Shown: positions 7,325 to 17,190, counted from the first letter of the stretch. The stretch is DNA of 23,732 nucleotides from an uncultured archaeon (GCA_964354495.1 CAYHAA010000025.1:1-23732); one strand, 5' to 3'. Notes: generated from the sequence alone by a model not told the origin. Made by a program: numbers and translations.

Positions 7325-8079
7325 TCTCCTAACCTGCGTACAATCGGTCTCTTGTTCCGATAGCCCTGAACCATTATGAAGGCTATGACAAGTCCGACTG
7401 CGCTCCCTATGGCAATGATGAGAATCGTTGTTAACTGTATCTCTGCACCAATGACTGTGGGCATACCTGTGTGCCAGTTCACGAGGACTATGTCTATCAG
7501 GTCAGTGCCTAGAGTAGTAAATCGCTGTCTGAGGTAGTTCAGAGTCCCATTTTGCTTCTCATACCGCATCTCAACATAGGCAGAGATCACACTCCCATCG
7601 CCTGTCTGAATTGACCCCGTGCCCACGGTGCCCCACTCTTCATCAGTTTCGATGAGGGTCACTCCCACGAGTTCCGTGATATTGCCTATCTCAGTAAGGA
7701 AATCCCAATCTCCAATTGGCACTACAAATTCAGTCCGTCCTGATGCAATAAGGAGCGAGTCATTTGCTCTCTCAAGGTCGCAGTATGCCAAGGGCATCCG
7801 TGTTGACTCATTGATGAGGCTCGAAATACTCTCCATCCCAGTGACTCTCATTGTAGCCTTTTCACCGGCTGCTAGTCTGGATACAAGGGGGAAATTCACC
7901 TCAAAGGCAGCCAGATAGCTCGAATCTGCAAAGTATGCCTTCTGCAGCACGTAGGTAAACTCCTCGCCGACGCTCACCCCCCACTCAAGAGAATTGCCCG
8001 ACTGTCCAATGACCGATGCTGGCATGGCGAATTCAATGACCATGAGTAGCATCAGAATCGTGACGGTTCTCAATCTCAA
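7321..8079 (-). CDS. Membrane-anchored secreted protein of unknown function (Thorarchaeia-type)
   Basis: Signal-like RLRTVTILMLLMVIEFAMPA, then LEWGVSVGEEFTY, and a C-terminal TM (TILIIAIGSAVGLVIAFIMV) with a basic tail. The TTG start at 8079 follows GGTGA; the track start is 8145. Confidence 0.75.
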   Translation of the reverse strand: MRLRTVTILMLLMVIEFAMPASVIGQSGNSLEWGVSVGEEFTYVLQKAYFADSSYLAAFEVNFPLVSRLAAGEKATMRVTGMESISSLINESTRMPLAYCDLERANDSLLIASGRTEFVVPIGDWDFLTEIGNITELVGVTLIETDEEWGTVGTGSIQTGDGSVISAYVEMRYEKQNGTLNYLRQRFTTLGTDLIDIVLVNWHTGMPTVIGAEIQLTTILIIAIGSAVGLVIAFIMVQGYRNKRPIVRRLGE

Positions 8080-8146
8080 GGAGCATTCACCGTAGGTCTT
8101 CGGAGTTGCGTCGGGGATAATGAAGATATCCATTCCTTCATGCATT

Positions 8147-8881
8147 TCAGAGGATTTCCAGAAGGTCCGCTATGTTTTCTATGACGACGGAATCTATAGA
8201 GATTTTCTCGACCTCAGCAGCATCGCATGATGACAGAAGGATTGGCAGCATTCCTGCTCTTTGTGACGCAACCAGATCGGTATCGATACTGTCCCCAACA
8301 AAAGCGCACCTTCCCGGATTGAGGCTGAACTTGTCGGCTATTCGCAGAAGCATGTAGGGCGAAGGCTTGGCATAGCCAGGTACATTGCTGTACTCAATGG
8401 CATCGAACAGACGAATAATCGAGTCAAGTTCTAGCCTCCTAGCAGGACTCGAGTATCTATTCGAGGCGATTCCCAGTCTGAGGCCTCTTTCATGTAGGGT
8501 CTCGAGCATAGGCTTGACACCTTCTAGCAGCATTGGGTGACTGTTTCCATAGACCTCGCCGCATCTGGCCCCAAGGGCCATGGCCATATTGCCGAGGTCT
8601 TCTGTGACTCCCAAAGCAGCCAGCAGTCGTCTATCATACTCAAGCCAGACATCAGTCGTTGGTTCCCAATCTGAAGGAACATTATTCTCCAGCATGTAGT
8701 TCCAGAGCCACTCAGTCGGCTCTATGAGGGCTCTATTGATGTGAGCATCCGAGCGTGCTGCGGGATTCAGGATGCGCATGTCGTTCATGAATTCCCTTGT
8801 CAGTTGGCAGAGGTCTGCCTCCGAATGGTAGAGTGTGCCGCCAATATCGAAAATGATGGCTCTGATTCCGTCGATTCTCAT
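8147..8881 (-). CDS. HAD-superfamily hydrolase (subfamily IA)
   Basis: IIFDIGGTLY (motif I), LGIASN (II), AKPSP (III), FVGDSIDTD..A....G (IV). The start is ATG 8881 or GTG 8899. Confidence 0.92.
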   Translation of the reverse strand: MRIDGIRAIIFDIGGTLYHSEADLCQLTREFMNDMRILNPAARSDAHINRALIEPTEWLWNYMLENNVPSDWEPTTDVWLEYDRRLLAALGVTEDLGNMAMALGARCGEVYGNSHPMLLEGVKPMLETLHERGLRLGIASNRYSSPARRLELDSIIRLFDAIEYSNVPGYAKPSPYMLLRIADKFSLNPGRCAFVGDSIDTDLVASQRAGMLPILLSSCDAAEVEKISIDSVVIENIADLLEIL

Positions 8882-8975
8882 GGTAGGTATTGGCCTCACA
8901 TTGAGACACTTGTATCCTTCGTAGACGGCATCTCAAGCCTTTTGTGTGATGCTGATAGCATAGGACCTGATTGCC

Positions 8976-10118
8976 ATGGAGAATATGGATGACGCGCTGA
9001 AGGCTGTGGACCTGCATCTGAAGGCGAATCCAAATGATGCTGCAGCATGGAATGCGAAGGGAGTCATCCATGCACAGAGACATGAGTGGGGAGAGGCGCT
9101 CCGGAGTTTCGATCAGACACTTCGCATTGACCCGAACCTTGCCCGTGCTCATTCTAACAGGGGACGTGTCCTTCTCTCAATCGGGCCAGACAAGGCTAGC
9201 GAGGCTCTGAAGTCCTTCAACAGGGCTCTTCAGCTGCTGCCTGACGACCTTGAGACACTTCGCGACAAGGCAATCTCTCTGAGAGTCCTCGGTCATGCAG
9301 AAGAGGAGCTGGACTGCTACAGAAAGATAAGTGAGGCCTCAAAGAATGAATGGGAAGTCTGGCTTCGGATGGGAGACCTACAGCTGGAGCTGGGCGACTT
9401 CAAGGCCGCTGACTTAAGTTACGAGACCGCGCTGAAGCTCAAGGAGGACCTTGTGCCTGCCTTCATCCGAAGAGCCATTGCGCTGGCAATGATGGAAAAC
9501 TACACTGATGCGCTGAAGTCTGCAGAGACCGCGACAAAGCTTGCTCCTGAGAATGCAGAGGCATGGCTCATCGAGGGCGATGTCAACCTGCGTGCAGGAA
9601 AGCACAAATCAGCGTTCAAGTCCCTGAAGAAGGCCTCTGAGCTTGACCCGACCAACGCAAGCGTTGAGAACACAATGGGAAGGGTCGCCTACAAGGATGG
9701 CAAGCTGGATGAGGCAGTGACGCACTTCCGCAGAGCAATCGTCCGCCAGAGGCGTTACCCTAGTGCCATGCGCAACCTCGCCTTCATTCTGATGGAGCAG
9801 GAGGAGTGGAGTGAGGCGAGTAGAGTCTTCATAGACCTCACAACACTGGTCAAGGATGATCCAGATCTCTTCGATGCCAAAGCTACTGCTTTTGCACGAC
9901 TTGATGACTTCTGTAGTGCAGAGGAGGCATGGGAGAAGGCTCGCAAGCTCTACAAGGCGAAGGGGGATGAGCGCGAGGCTGAACGGGTCACAGTCCTTGG
10001 AAGAGCGGCGCGGATCAACTGTGGCAAGTTGAAGAAGGCAGCAAAGGCACAACGTGAGGATGAGAAGCTGACTCGTCGTCTCTCAGGTCGTCCTGAGTTC
10101 AGAAGAAAGGCACGTTGA
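8976..10118 (+). CDS. Tetratricopeptide repeat protein (380 aa)
   Basis: About 9 tandem 34-aa repeats (e.g. AAAWNAKG.....A...FDQTLRIDP, AEAWLIEG.....A...LKKASELDP) and a basic C-terminal tail. Confidence 0.92.
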   Translation: MENMDDALKAVDLHLKANPNDAAAWNAKGVIHAQRHEWGEALRSFDQTLRIDPNLARAHSNRGRVLLSIGPDKASEALKSFNRALQLLPDDLETLRDKAISLRVLGHAEEELDCYRKISEASKNEWEVWLRMGDLQLELGDFKAADLSYETALKLKEDLVPAFIRRAIALAMMENYTDALKSAETATKLAPENAEAWLIEGDVNLRAGKHKSAFKSLKKASELDPTNASVENTMGRVAYKDGKLDEAVTHFRRAIVRQRRYPSAMRNLAFILMEQEEWSEASRVFIDLTTLVKDDPDLFDAKATAFARLDDFCSAEEAWEKARKLYKAKGDEREAERVTVLGRAARINCGKLKKAAKAQREDEKLTRRLSGRPEFRRKAR

Positions 10119-10120
10119 CC

Positions 10121-10438
10121 TCACTGGGGCTCGGAATCGAGTCGACTTACCGAATCGGTGGAAGCACCAGAGGTCTCCATTCTTGTTATCAGGTCATCTA
10201 ATCTCATCTGAGCCTCAAAATACTCGGGATTGATAGCAATGGACCTCCTATAGGCATTATAGGCCTCAAGATAATGTCTACCTCTCTCGAGCAGTCTGCC
10301 ATAGTAACACCAGCCCTCGAAGTCCTCGGGTCTACCCACGAGGAGTTGTCCTATCGTATGCGTGACAAGTCGCGGAATCACACCGATGAAGACCACTGCA
10401 ACAATGCCTGCGATGACCAGTGGAATCACGAGACTCAT
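10121..10438 (-). CDS. Small membrane-anchored single-TPR protein
   Basis: N-terminal TM (LVIPLVIAGIVAVVFIGVI) followed by EGWCYYG.LL....HY.EA..AYRRSIAINP. Confidence 0.7.
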   Translation of the reverse strand: MSLVIPLVIAGIVAVVFIGVIPRLVTHTIGQLLVGRPEDFEGWCYYGRLLERGRHYLEAYNAYRRSIAINPEYFEAQMRLDDLITRMETSGASTDSVSRLDSEPQ

Positions 10439-10484
10439 ACAGATACCTCGACTCTCTTCCTATTGAACAATCGGTTGTGGTTTC

Positions 10485-11294
10485 TCATGCCACGATTTTG
10501 TCAAAGAGGATGGACTTGATGAAGATGTCGATTCCGAACCGGCCTTCTGTCATCTCTAGGTACCAAGGGCCCTCCAGTTTGAGAATCTCCTGTATCTCCT
10601 CGATTGTCTTCCCTGATTCATGCAATTCCTGAGCCTCTTGCTGAACCTCCTTGATGTAGTCAATTCTAGTCTGTATGTGCTCCTGGGGCGACTCAATCGG
10701 TCCTTTGTGAGAATCAAAGAAAATCTCAATATCCATGGCTAGTATCTTCTCCATAGTCGCAACCATCTGAGGAACATTCTCGTCTGGCATTGCTATTCTC
10801 TTCTTTGATGGTAGAGGTAAAGCGTCTGCAGAGAAGAACCACTTCTTCACGGGTTCATAGAAACCCACCATCTCCATGGTGTGCCCAGGAATAGGCACTA
10901 CCTCAAAGTTCAGGTCTCCAACAGAGAATCTGTCTGGCATGATGGTCAGTTCCGATACGGGTTCAGGTTGTCCCCACACGAATTTGAAGAACTCGGTACG
11001 CTGAGGCGGGTTTCGCATCGCCTTTTGTGCAGGCTCATTGGCGTAGATGGCTGCCTTGCCCTCAAAGACCTTGCAGCAGCCCACATGGTCCTCATGAGAG
11101 TGAGAGATGTAGACCTGATTGATCTTGTTCCCATGTGCAAACTCGCGCATTCCATCGATAGCATTTGGACATCCCGTATCGAAGAGAGCTTCTCTCACTA
11201 GATACGCATAGACAAACATGATGGCTGAACCATCCTGTTCAGTAGCGGTCTTGACACAGGTGACATCATCGTTGAAGGGAACAATCTCAATCAT
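10485..11294 (-). CDS. MBL-fold metallo-hydrolase
   Basis: FDTG, SHSHEDHVG (HxHxDH), PGHT, FSAD and SHKG motifs. Confidence 0.93.
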   Translation of the reverse strand: MIEIVPFNDDVTCVKTATEQDGSAIMFVYAYLVREALFDTGCPNAIDGMREFAHGNKINQVYISHSHEDHVGCCKVFEGKAAIYANEPAQKAMRNPPQRTEFFKFVWGQPEPVSELTIMPDRFSVGDLNFEVVPIPGHTMEMVGFYEPVKKWFFSADALPLPSKKRIAMPDENVPQMVATMEKILAMDIEIFFDSHKGPIESPQEHIQTRIDYIKEVQQEAQELHESGKTIEEIQEILKLEGPWYLEMTEGRFGIDIFIKSILFDKIVA

Positions 11295-11339
11295 TGCGTT
11301 CTATTCATTGCATACAGGGAATTGAGTCCTTTGGTCTGC

Positions 11340-12470
11340 CTATGCTACTGCATGAACATCCCGAAGAATGGGCGGTGCGAACTCACGTAGGCGTTGTAGG
11401 CCCATAACCTTGTCCCGTCTGTCCATCTTAGCGTCATTGAGTGTCTGTTCCATGAACTCGATTGCTTTGTCGTAGTCTTTCCGTGGTACCGGGAAGGGGA
11501 CACCGTCCTTTCCTCCAAAGGCAAAGCACATTCTGACCGGGTCCGACCATGACGGGGGTGCACCAAAGATCATCTCAGCGATTAGTGAGAGACCGCGGAT
11601 TGTTGCGGGTCCAAAGCCATCCTTCAGGAGGATTCCCTCATAGTTGTCTGGCTGGGTCTCATAAGCTTCTCTGACAGCATCCCAATTCATCCTGCTTGGA
11701 ACGACTTTGTAGGAGGGTAGTATACAGGTCTCACCGCCATCATCAAGCCAGGGAATCAGTGTTGATTCACCATATGATTTGATGTCCTCAAAGTAACGTC
11801 TGACCCTTGCTGGGTCCTCCTTGACGATGTCGATGCTGACCTTGCGACATTCTTCAGAGTCCCTCGAGGTCATATCCAGCGCGCAATCCTTGACCTGTCC
11901 AGAGATCAGACCAGTATGAGGTTCGTCGATGTAGCTCTTGGTCTCTTGAGCAGTCCAATGATAACGTCGAGCGTCATTGTTCTTCGGGTCCATACCCTGT
12001 TGAACAACGGTCCAGCTCTCCTCACCATCAACAAAGAACAGGTGCTGGTACAGCTGATATCCATCTTGAACTCCTGCATTGTCCACCTTCGCCACTGCCT
12101 TACTTATCTCGACAAGACCCGCGCCATCAAGCCCATAGTCATCCAAGGCGCGAAGCTGTTCTGGTACCTTCTTAGATGCAAGACCCTTGCCGCCGATTCC
12201 GACCATACCATGGGTCTCAAAGCTCAACGCGCACTTCAATACACCACACGTGACAGTGGTAGAACCTGAACTGTCCCAGTCATATCCAAGTACGTTCGAA
12301 AGAGCCTGAAACCAGACGGGGTCTGAGAGTCGGAGAAGAAGCTCGGATGTTCCAAACTCATCCACAATGAACTGGCACAGAGCGCTAGCCATGGGTATCA
12401 TCCGTTTCACGAGCCAATGTGGTGCCCTGCCCGGGTGGAGTTTGAGGTCAGCAACGCCCGCTCGTTTCAA
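11340..12470 (-). CDS. DUF763 domain protein
   Basis: ADL.LH.G.AP.WL..RM, DP.WFQAL..VLG.DW.SSGSTT, VVQQGM, ARRYHW, and the typical C-terminus FAFGGKDGVPFPV. Confidence 0.92.
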   Translation of the reverse strand: MKRAGVADLKLHPGRAPHWLVKRMIPMASALCQFIVDEFGTSELLLRLSDPVWFQALSNVLGYDWDSSGSTTVTCGVLKCALSFETHGMVGIGGKGLASKKVPEQLRALDDYGLDGAGLVEISKAVAKVDNAGVQDGYQLYQHLFFVDGEESWTVVQQGMDPKNNDARRYHWTAQETKSYIDEPHTGLISGQVKDCALDMTSRDSEECRKVSIDIVKEDPARVRRYFEDIKSYGESTLIPWLDDGGETCILPSYKVVPSRMNWDAVREAYETQPDNYEGILLKDGFGPATIRGLSLIAEMIFGAPPSWSDPVRMCFAFGGKDGVPFPVPRKDYDKAIEFMEQTLNDAKMDRRDKVMGLQRLREFAPPILRDVHAVA

Positions 12471-12677
12471 AGTTTCATCACCAATGTGCCTGCATGCTGA
12501 CAGTCATGAGGTATGAAGACTTATTGAGTACATAAAAGCGAAACAGATATCCGAAACTAATTCTCTCATTCCCTTTCTTTTTGTGCCTCGAACAATCCTT
12601 TTATTGGAATTTGTATGAAGCCATACACTGAGCGATATTCTGTCTGCTCAGAGAATTCTTTGATATCCAATGAGTTG

Positions 12678-13223
12678 ATGCACATGGCAGATAATGAAGA
12701 GTGGAATAAAGCAGTCAAGTACGCGGATTTCGTGAAGAACGCACGCGAGAACATTGAGCTGATGAAGGCCCGCTATGCTGACTTTCAGTTCAACGAGAGC
12801 GACTTGGAAACGCTTGGAAGCATTCAGAATGATATCAAGATTCTTGTTATTGGAACCGAGCGGTGCAATGACACAGCTGGAAATCTCCCCGTTCTGGCAA
12901 AGATGGCAGACGCCACACCGAAGATACAGCTTCGGATTCTCGATAGCGACTCGAACGTGGATTTTCATCAGCAGTTCAAGGTCAATGGCAAGAAGAAGAC
13001 GCCTGTTGTTCTGTTTCTCAGTAAGGACTATGAGGAGCTCTGCAGGTGGGTCGAGCGTTCAAATGCTGCCTACAGGATCATCAACGTGGGGACTGTTGAG
13101 GCGGTCGAAGAGAGGAGGGCCGCACTGAAGAAGCTCTACAGCGACCCTGAGATACAGCGTCAGAGCCTCAATGAGTTCCTGCGGCTCGTCCTCCGGGCTG
13201 ACTTCATCCTCGGAAGAAAGTAA
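12678..13223 (+). CDS. Thioredoxin-like protein (Thioredoxin_9-like) with a single-Cys CNDT motif
   Basis: ILVIGTERCNDTAGNLPVLAK, LRILDSD, NGKKKTPVVLF, W.ER. The likely start is ATG 12678 or 12684 (track 12615). Confidence 0.8.
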   Translation: MHMADNEEWNKAVKYADFVKNARENIELMKARYADFQFNESDLETLGSIQNDIKILVIGTERCNDTAGNLPVLAKMADATPKIQLRILDSDSNVDFHQQFKVNGKKKTPVVLFLSKDYEELCRWVERSNAAYRIINVGTVEAVEERRAALKKLYSDPEIQRQSLNEFLRLVLRADFILGRK

Positions 13224-13224
13224 G

Positions 13225-13881
13225 ATGGTTCACAAACTGGGCAAGGCAGACTGGACGGACAGGGACAGGATACAGGGGATAATTGACTCCTATTCTCTCA
13301 GGTATGACGAATCCTTCTGGGTGACTCTGATAGAGCTGATAGGAGAGCAGACGAGAGAGAATATTGCCGATTTTGGATGCGGACCTGGCCTCTTTCTTGT
13401 CGATGCAGCTCACAGGTTCTCCGCCAGAAGGCTCTTTGGGCTTGATGAGAGCAAGGAGATGATTGAGCAGGCAAAGACATTCATCCAAACGCGAACAGCT
13501 ACCAAGTCCTATGAATTGACGATCACCAACTTTGATGAGGCAGCAATCCCAATGCACCCCATGTCCATTGATCTTGCCTTCTGTGGCTTCATGCTCCACG
13601 AGGTTGCATCGCCTCAGGGCTTCGTGGACCAAGTAAGTAGAACATTGCGGACTGGAGGTGTGTGTGCGGTCTACGACTTTGTCTCCCGAGACGAAGAGAT
13701 CTTCGTCAGGAAAATGGCTGAGCAGGGAATGGCACCTGAACGAGCAAGACTGCGCTTTCCACATGTGTGCAAGCACTCGCTTGATGACATCAGAATGTTT
13801 ATCGAGGCCGCCGGGCTAAAGGATGTGCAGAGTGCAGCCGTTAATGATATACGTGGTCTGGCTGTTGGGTTAATGAAGTGA
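13225..13881 (+). CDS. Class I SAM-dependent methyltransferase
   Basis: IADFGCGPG, LFGLDESKEMI, SIDLAFCGFMLHEV, LRTGG. ATG 13225 lies 1 nt after the upstream stop. Confidence 0.9.
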   Translation: MVHKLGKADWTDRDRIQGIIDSYSLRYDESFWVTLIELIGEQTRENIADFGCGPGLFLVDAAHRFSARRLFGLDESKEMIEQAKTFIQTRTATKSYELTITNFDEAAIPMHPMSIDLAFCGFMLHEVASPQGFVDQVSRTLRTGGVCAVYDFVSRDEEIFVRKMAEQGMAPERARLRFPHVCKHSLDDIRMFIEAAGLKDVQSAAVNDIRGLAVGLMK

Positions 13882-13911
13882 CCCGAGCTATTACAATCTG
13901 CAGGACTCAGT

Positions 13912-14118
13912 GTGAACATGTCACCGGACCGACGAAAGTCACCATGGGCGTTTGATGAAAGTAACATTCAGTGCCCAGACTGCAAGAGCACTCGAGTGGT
14001 TCGAGTCATCAACTCATGGGCATTGGCCAGAGGAATCCAGACGTTCAAATGCTCAGCGTGTGGTAGAGTGTTCTACGACAGGGATGTAGATGATTATCAA
14101 CCCACCTTTGAGAGGTGA
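13912..14118 (+). CDS. Small zinc-ribbon protein (CxxC-22-CxxC)
   Basis: CPDCKSTRVVRV....ARGIQTFKCSACGRVF; the stop overlaps the priL start (GTGA, 14115-18). Confidence 0.75.
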   Translation: MNMSPDRRKSPWAFDESNIQCPDCKSTRVVRVINSWALARGIQTFKCSACGRVFYDRDVDDYQPTFER

Positions 14119-15266
14119 CCAATGTGTCAAGGAGTCTTCAGATGCTCAAGTATCCGTTCTCTCGAGAGGCACGTCAGGCATCGCTGCAGCTGGCACGAGA
14201 TCTGAAGGCGCTTGTAGACCTCCTGAATAGACCTGAGAACCACTATATTGTTGATGAGGCTGAGAAGCGAGTCTACTCGGCAATCACGCAGTCTGAGATC
14301 ACTTATCCTGACATGAGAGATGAGAAAATGGTTCTCGTCTATTCCGCTGCGCGTCTCATTGTTGAAGAGATTGGCAATTCTCGTCTGAGAGCCCTTCAGG
14401 CAGTGGCAGAGTCAAAGACTGTGAACAGACTACTTGCGGACGAGGATAACCAGCTCTTGGAGGACCTGTGCACAGAGTCACTCGGATGGAAAGTTGAATC
14501 TATGGGACCAAAGCTTGAGCGGGGTGGACTGCCTCTTGCTCTGAGAACATATGAGTTCAGAATCCGATTTGAGAACTTCCTTGAGGTGGCGCCAGACTTT
14601 CATGCTGACGAATGGATGCTGATAAACCGACATGTCGATAGAGGATGGGTACTGGTACGAAAAAGCGAACTTGTTAGGCTAGTATCAGGCAAGTTTCACC
14701 AGATTATCATGTTAGGCCATCTTGAAATCCCCAAGCTGCCGGAAAGGCTTGCCGAGGCAGTGCAGAGGGTGGAAACTGAAACGAAGGGGAAGGTCCGTCA
14801 GTTTGAGCCGATCAAGATTACAGGTCAGATTGTGTCTGCATTTCCGCCATGCATACAGAAGATGTACAACGATTCTGTAAGCGGCCAGGTAAATCTTCCT
14901 CACGATGCACGTTTTGCCCTTGCTGCCTTTCTCCTGAAGATTGGCATGGCAGAAGATGAAGTAAACAAGGTATTCGGGCACTCTCCTGACAGTGACAATC
15001 GCCAGATCACATACCAGGTGGACCATATTGCATCCAAACGCTCTACGACATCCGAGACGCAGGGTTACACTCCAACGGGATGCAGGAAGCTCCAGACCAG
15101 CAGTCTATGCCCGGTGTATCTCGGACTTGAATACGACCCTCTTTGCGAGTATATTCTGAATCCTCTTGCCTTCTATTCTACTCGCGCATGGGAACTCTCT
15201 CGAAACCCGCCCATTACTAATCACTCGTGGTATGCGAAATCGAAAGAGAAGAAGCAGTCCTTCTAA
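14115..15266 (+). CDS. priL: DNA primase large subunit (archaeo-eukaryotic) with C-terminal Fe-S domain
   Basis: N-terminal KYPF, W.LINR.V.RGWV, FPPCI, NLPH.ARFALAAFLLKIG, Y.V.HI, and YTP.GC..L....LC...C (four Cys of the 4Fe-4S domain). Confidence 0.93.
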   Translation: MTNVSRSLQMLKYPFSREARQASLQLARDLKALVDLLNRPENHYIVDEAEKRVYSAITQSEITYPDMRDEKMVLVYSAARLIVEEIGNSRLRALQAVAESKTVNRLLADEDNQLLEDLCTESLGWKVESMGPKLERGGLPLALRTYEFRIRFENFLEVAPDFHADEWMLINRHVDRGWVLVRKSELVRLVSGKFHQIIMLGHLEIPKLPERLAEAVQRVETETKGKVRQFEPIKITGQIVSAFPPCIQKMYNDSVSGQVNLPHDARFALAAFLLKIGMAEDEVNKVFGHSPDSDNRQITYQVDHIASKRSTTSETQGYTPTGCRKLQTSSLCPVYLGLEYDPLCEYILNPLAFYSTRAWELSRNPPITNHSWYAKSKEKKQSF

Positions 15267-16111
15267 CACTCAGAGAAGCGCCCTTGTGAGCGTGAGAAGT
15301 AGTAGAGGTACTCCTGTGCGTAACCGCTGTACTTCCCGAAGTATCCCCTGGCCGCCATTGACTTCTTTGTATATGCCTTTCCGGTCTCAACGAAGATATC
15401 ATAGTGATTCTGGATGACTCGCTCAATCCAGACGTCAATAGGAAATGCCTCCAGAAAACCAAGCGAGAACAGACAAACACAGTCTGCTACCTTGTCCCCG
15501 ACTCCGTGGAGTGACTTGAGGGCTACATGGGCATCCGCATATGTCATCTCTCTCAGCTCGCTCTCCAGTATTTTGCCCCTTACTAATGACTCAGCTGCCT
15601 GTCTGACGTACTTGGCTCTAAAGCCAAGACCCTGACTTTGCAGAGTCTTCACACTTGCTTCAGCCAGCTGCTCTGGCTCAGGAAACCCATAGACAGTCTT
15701 TCCCCTGAACTCGTATGCCGGGCCCCATTTCATTCTGATATTGCCCATCATTCTATGGATTGCTGGGATATTCTTACAAGTCGAACATATGAACGAGATG
15801 AGGCACGGAAAGAAGGGGTCATTGACGATTCTGAGGTCTGGTGCAGACTCGATGCTCTGCTGCATGATGCCGTCACGTCTGATACTCGTCTGAATCTCGT
15901 CAAGTGGGTCTTCGAGACGAAAGACAAGTCGCAGCGGAACTGCATCTGACGAGGAGGTCTCGTAGAGTAATGAGTTACCTCTCTGCTCTACGTAGACTGC
16001 TTGTCCGAGATCAGTGTTAACATATCCTCCACCCTCTCGTACCCAGGTAAATGTCTGTCCGCATTCGATGGTGTCGACCAGATTAAACCGTTGTACTTCG
16101 AGGTGTTTCAT
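15263..16111 (-). CDS. ogg1: 8-oxoguanine DNA glycosylase (OGG1 family)
   Basis: T..CGQ.F.W, CLISFICS..KNIP.I, FPEPEQL, GLGFRA.Y, HhH motif L.GVG.KVADC (catalytic Lys), FPIDVW (catalytic Asp), GYAQEYL. Confidence 0.93.
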   Translation of the reverse strand: MKHLEVQRFNLVDTIECGQTFTWVREGGGYVNTDLGQAVYVEQRGNSLLYETSSSDAVPLRLVFRLEDPLDEIQTSIRRDGIMQQSIESAPDLRIVNDPFFPCLISFICSTCKNIPAIHRMMGNIRMKWGPAYEFRGKTVYGFPEPEQLAEASVKTLQSQGLGFRAKYVRQAAESLVRGKILESELREMTYADAHVALKSLHGVGDKVADCVCLFSLGFLEAFPIDVWIERVIQNHYDIFVETGKAYTKKSMAARGYFGKYSGYAQEYLYYFSRSQGRFSEC

Positions 16112-16361
16112 CAGTAATTATCTTGTTTCTCATTGAAATGAGGATTGCCCTCTGACCAAGTCACGTAGTGATGCTCAATATGAGCACATCCTGTGTCCAT
16201 ATGGCTAAAGAGCAACACTAATACCTGAAAGTCATCAGTAGTATGATGGCGGCAGTGATGAGCTCCTTAATTGCGAGATTGTGAACACATGATCGACCTT
16301 AGGGGTATCTGAGCCTCCACCCCACCCCTATGTAGGAGATGCGTTCTATGCTTCAAAATAA

Positions 16362-16691
16362 GCTTCCGCCGATGACATAACAAGATTCAACTTCCTAAGT
16401 GATGTCATGAAACTTGAGAGTGTGGTTCTCGCCAAAGAGAGAATTGCGGGGTACTCTCTAATCCTCACCAAATTGGCGCCTCTCTTGAGGAAAGGCGATA
16501 GTTTGCGAAGAAATGCTGAATTCCATCTTGACCAAGGGATTCTTCATGGGAAGAGAGAATGGAAGAAAGACTCCTCCAGCAAGACACGAGAACACACAGA
16601 TTACATTCAAGCGTTCAGCATGAAATCTTCTATTCATCTACATACCTTCGCCCATGAGCGACTGACAGAAGAAAATGAGATTCAGAGGTAA
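16362..16691 (+). pseudogene. Possible decayed coding remnant of unknown identity
   Basis: Open frame from 16362 (after TAA 16359-61) to 16691. Protein-like text continues upstream of that stop (LGVSEPPPHPYVGDAFYASK*ASADDITRFNF...). No family recognised. Confidence 0.25.
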
Positions 16692-17143
16692 GGCGGCTCC
16701 GTTATGCTACTATGGCCAAATCCTCTCCTCCCTGTGGGTACTCCCTCACAAAACACCCATTCTGAACTCTGTCTACTTCACAGAGCGTCCTACACTATCA
16801 CTTATATTCACCACTAGTGGCATTTATGTCTGTTCCAAGAGGTTGTAACTTCCGGCTAATCATCATTTGATATATTAGATGCTGGCTATTCTTTCTAGAT
16901 ATGTGTGAGAAACCAGATTGTGGCGAGTATGCTTAACGCGGGAACCATTGTGGAATTAGAACGTTGTGATAAGCCTATGCATACTTGATAGATGAAACTA
17001 GCCATCTTTATGAAATATGAGCGAAAGCGCTGTGACATGATTTGTGCAAGATTGCAGAAGAGGGCATATCGATAATGGACCAAAAAGAATATAAACAAAC
17101 CAACATATTATCTTAACTTGATTGAGGGTTGTGATAGATGCCA

Positions 17144-17166
17144 TGCTTCATTGATACAATGAAGCA
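17144..17166. promoter_or_regulatory. Perfect 10-bp inverted repeat (operator or 5'-UTR hairpin)
   Basis: TGCTTCATTG-ATA-CAATGAAGCA, lying between a TATA-like AATATAAA (17088-95) and the start codon at 17191. Confidence 0.55.
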
Positions 17167-17190
17167 CAGTGAAATGAGTAGGTGGTAGAA

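Noticed and set aside
11165-11175. 11-bp reverse-complement match to 73-83
   Set aside because: It lies inside the MBL coding sequence and lacks the rest of the motif, so chance is likely.
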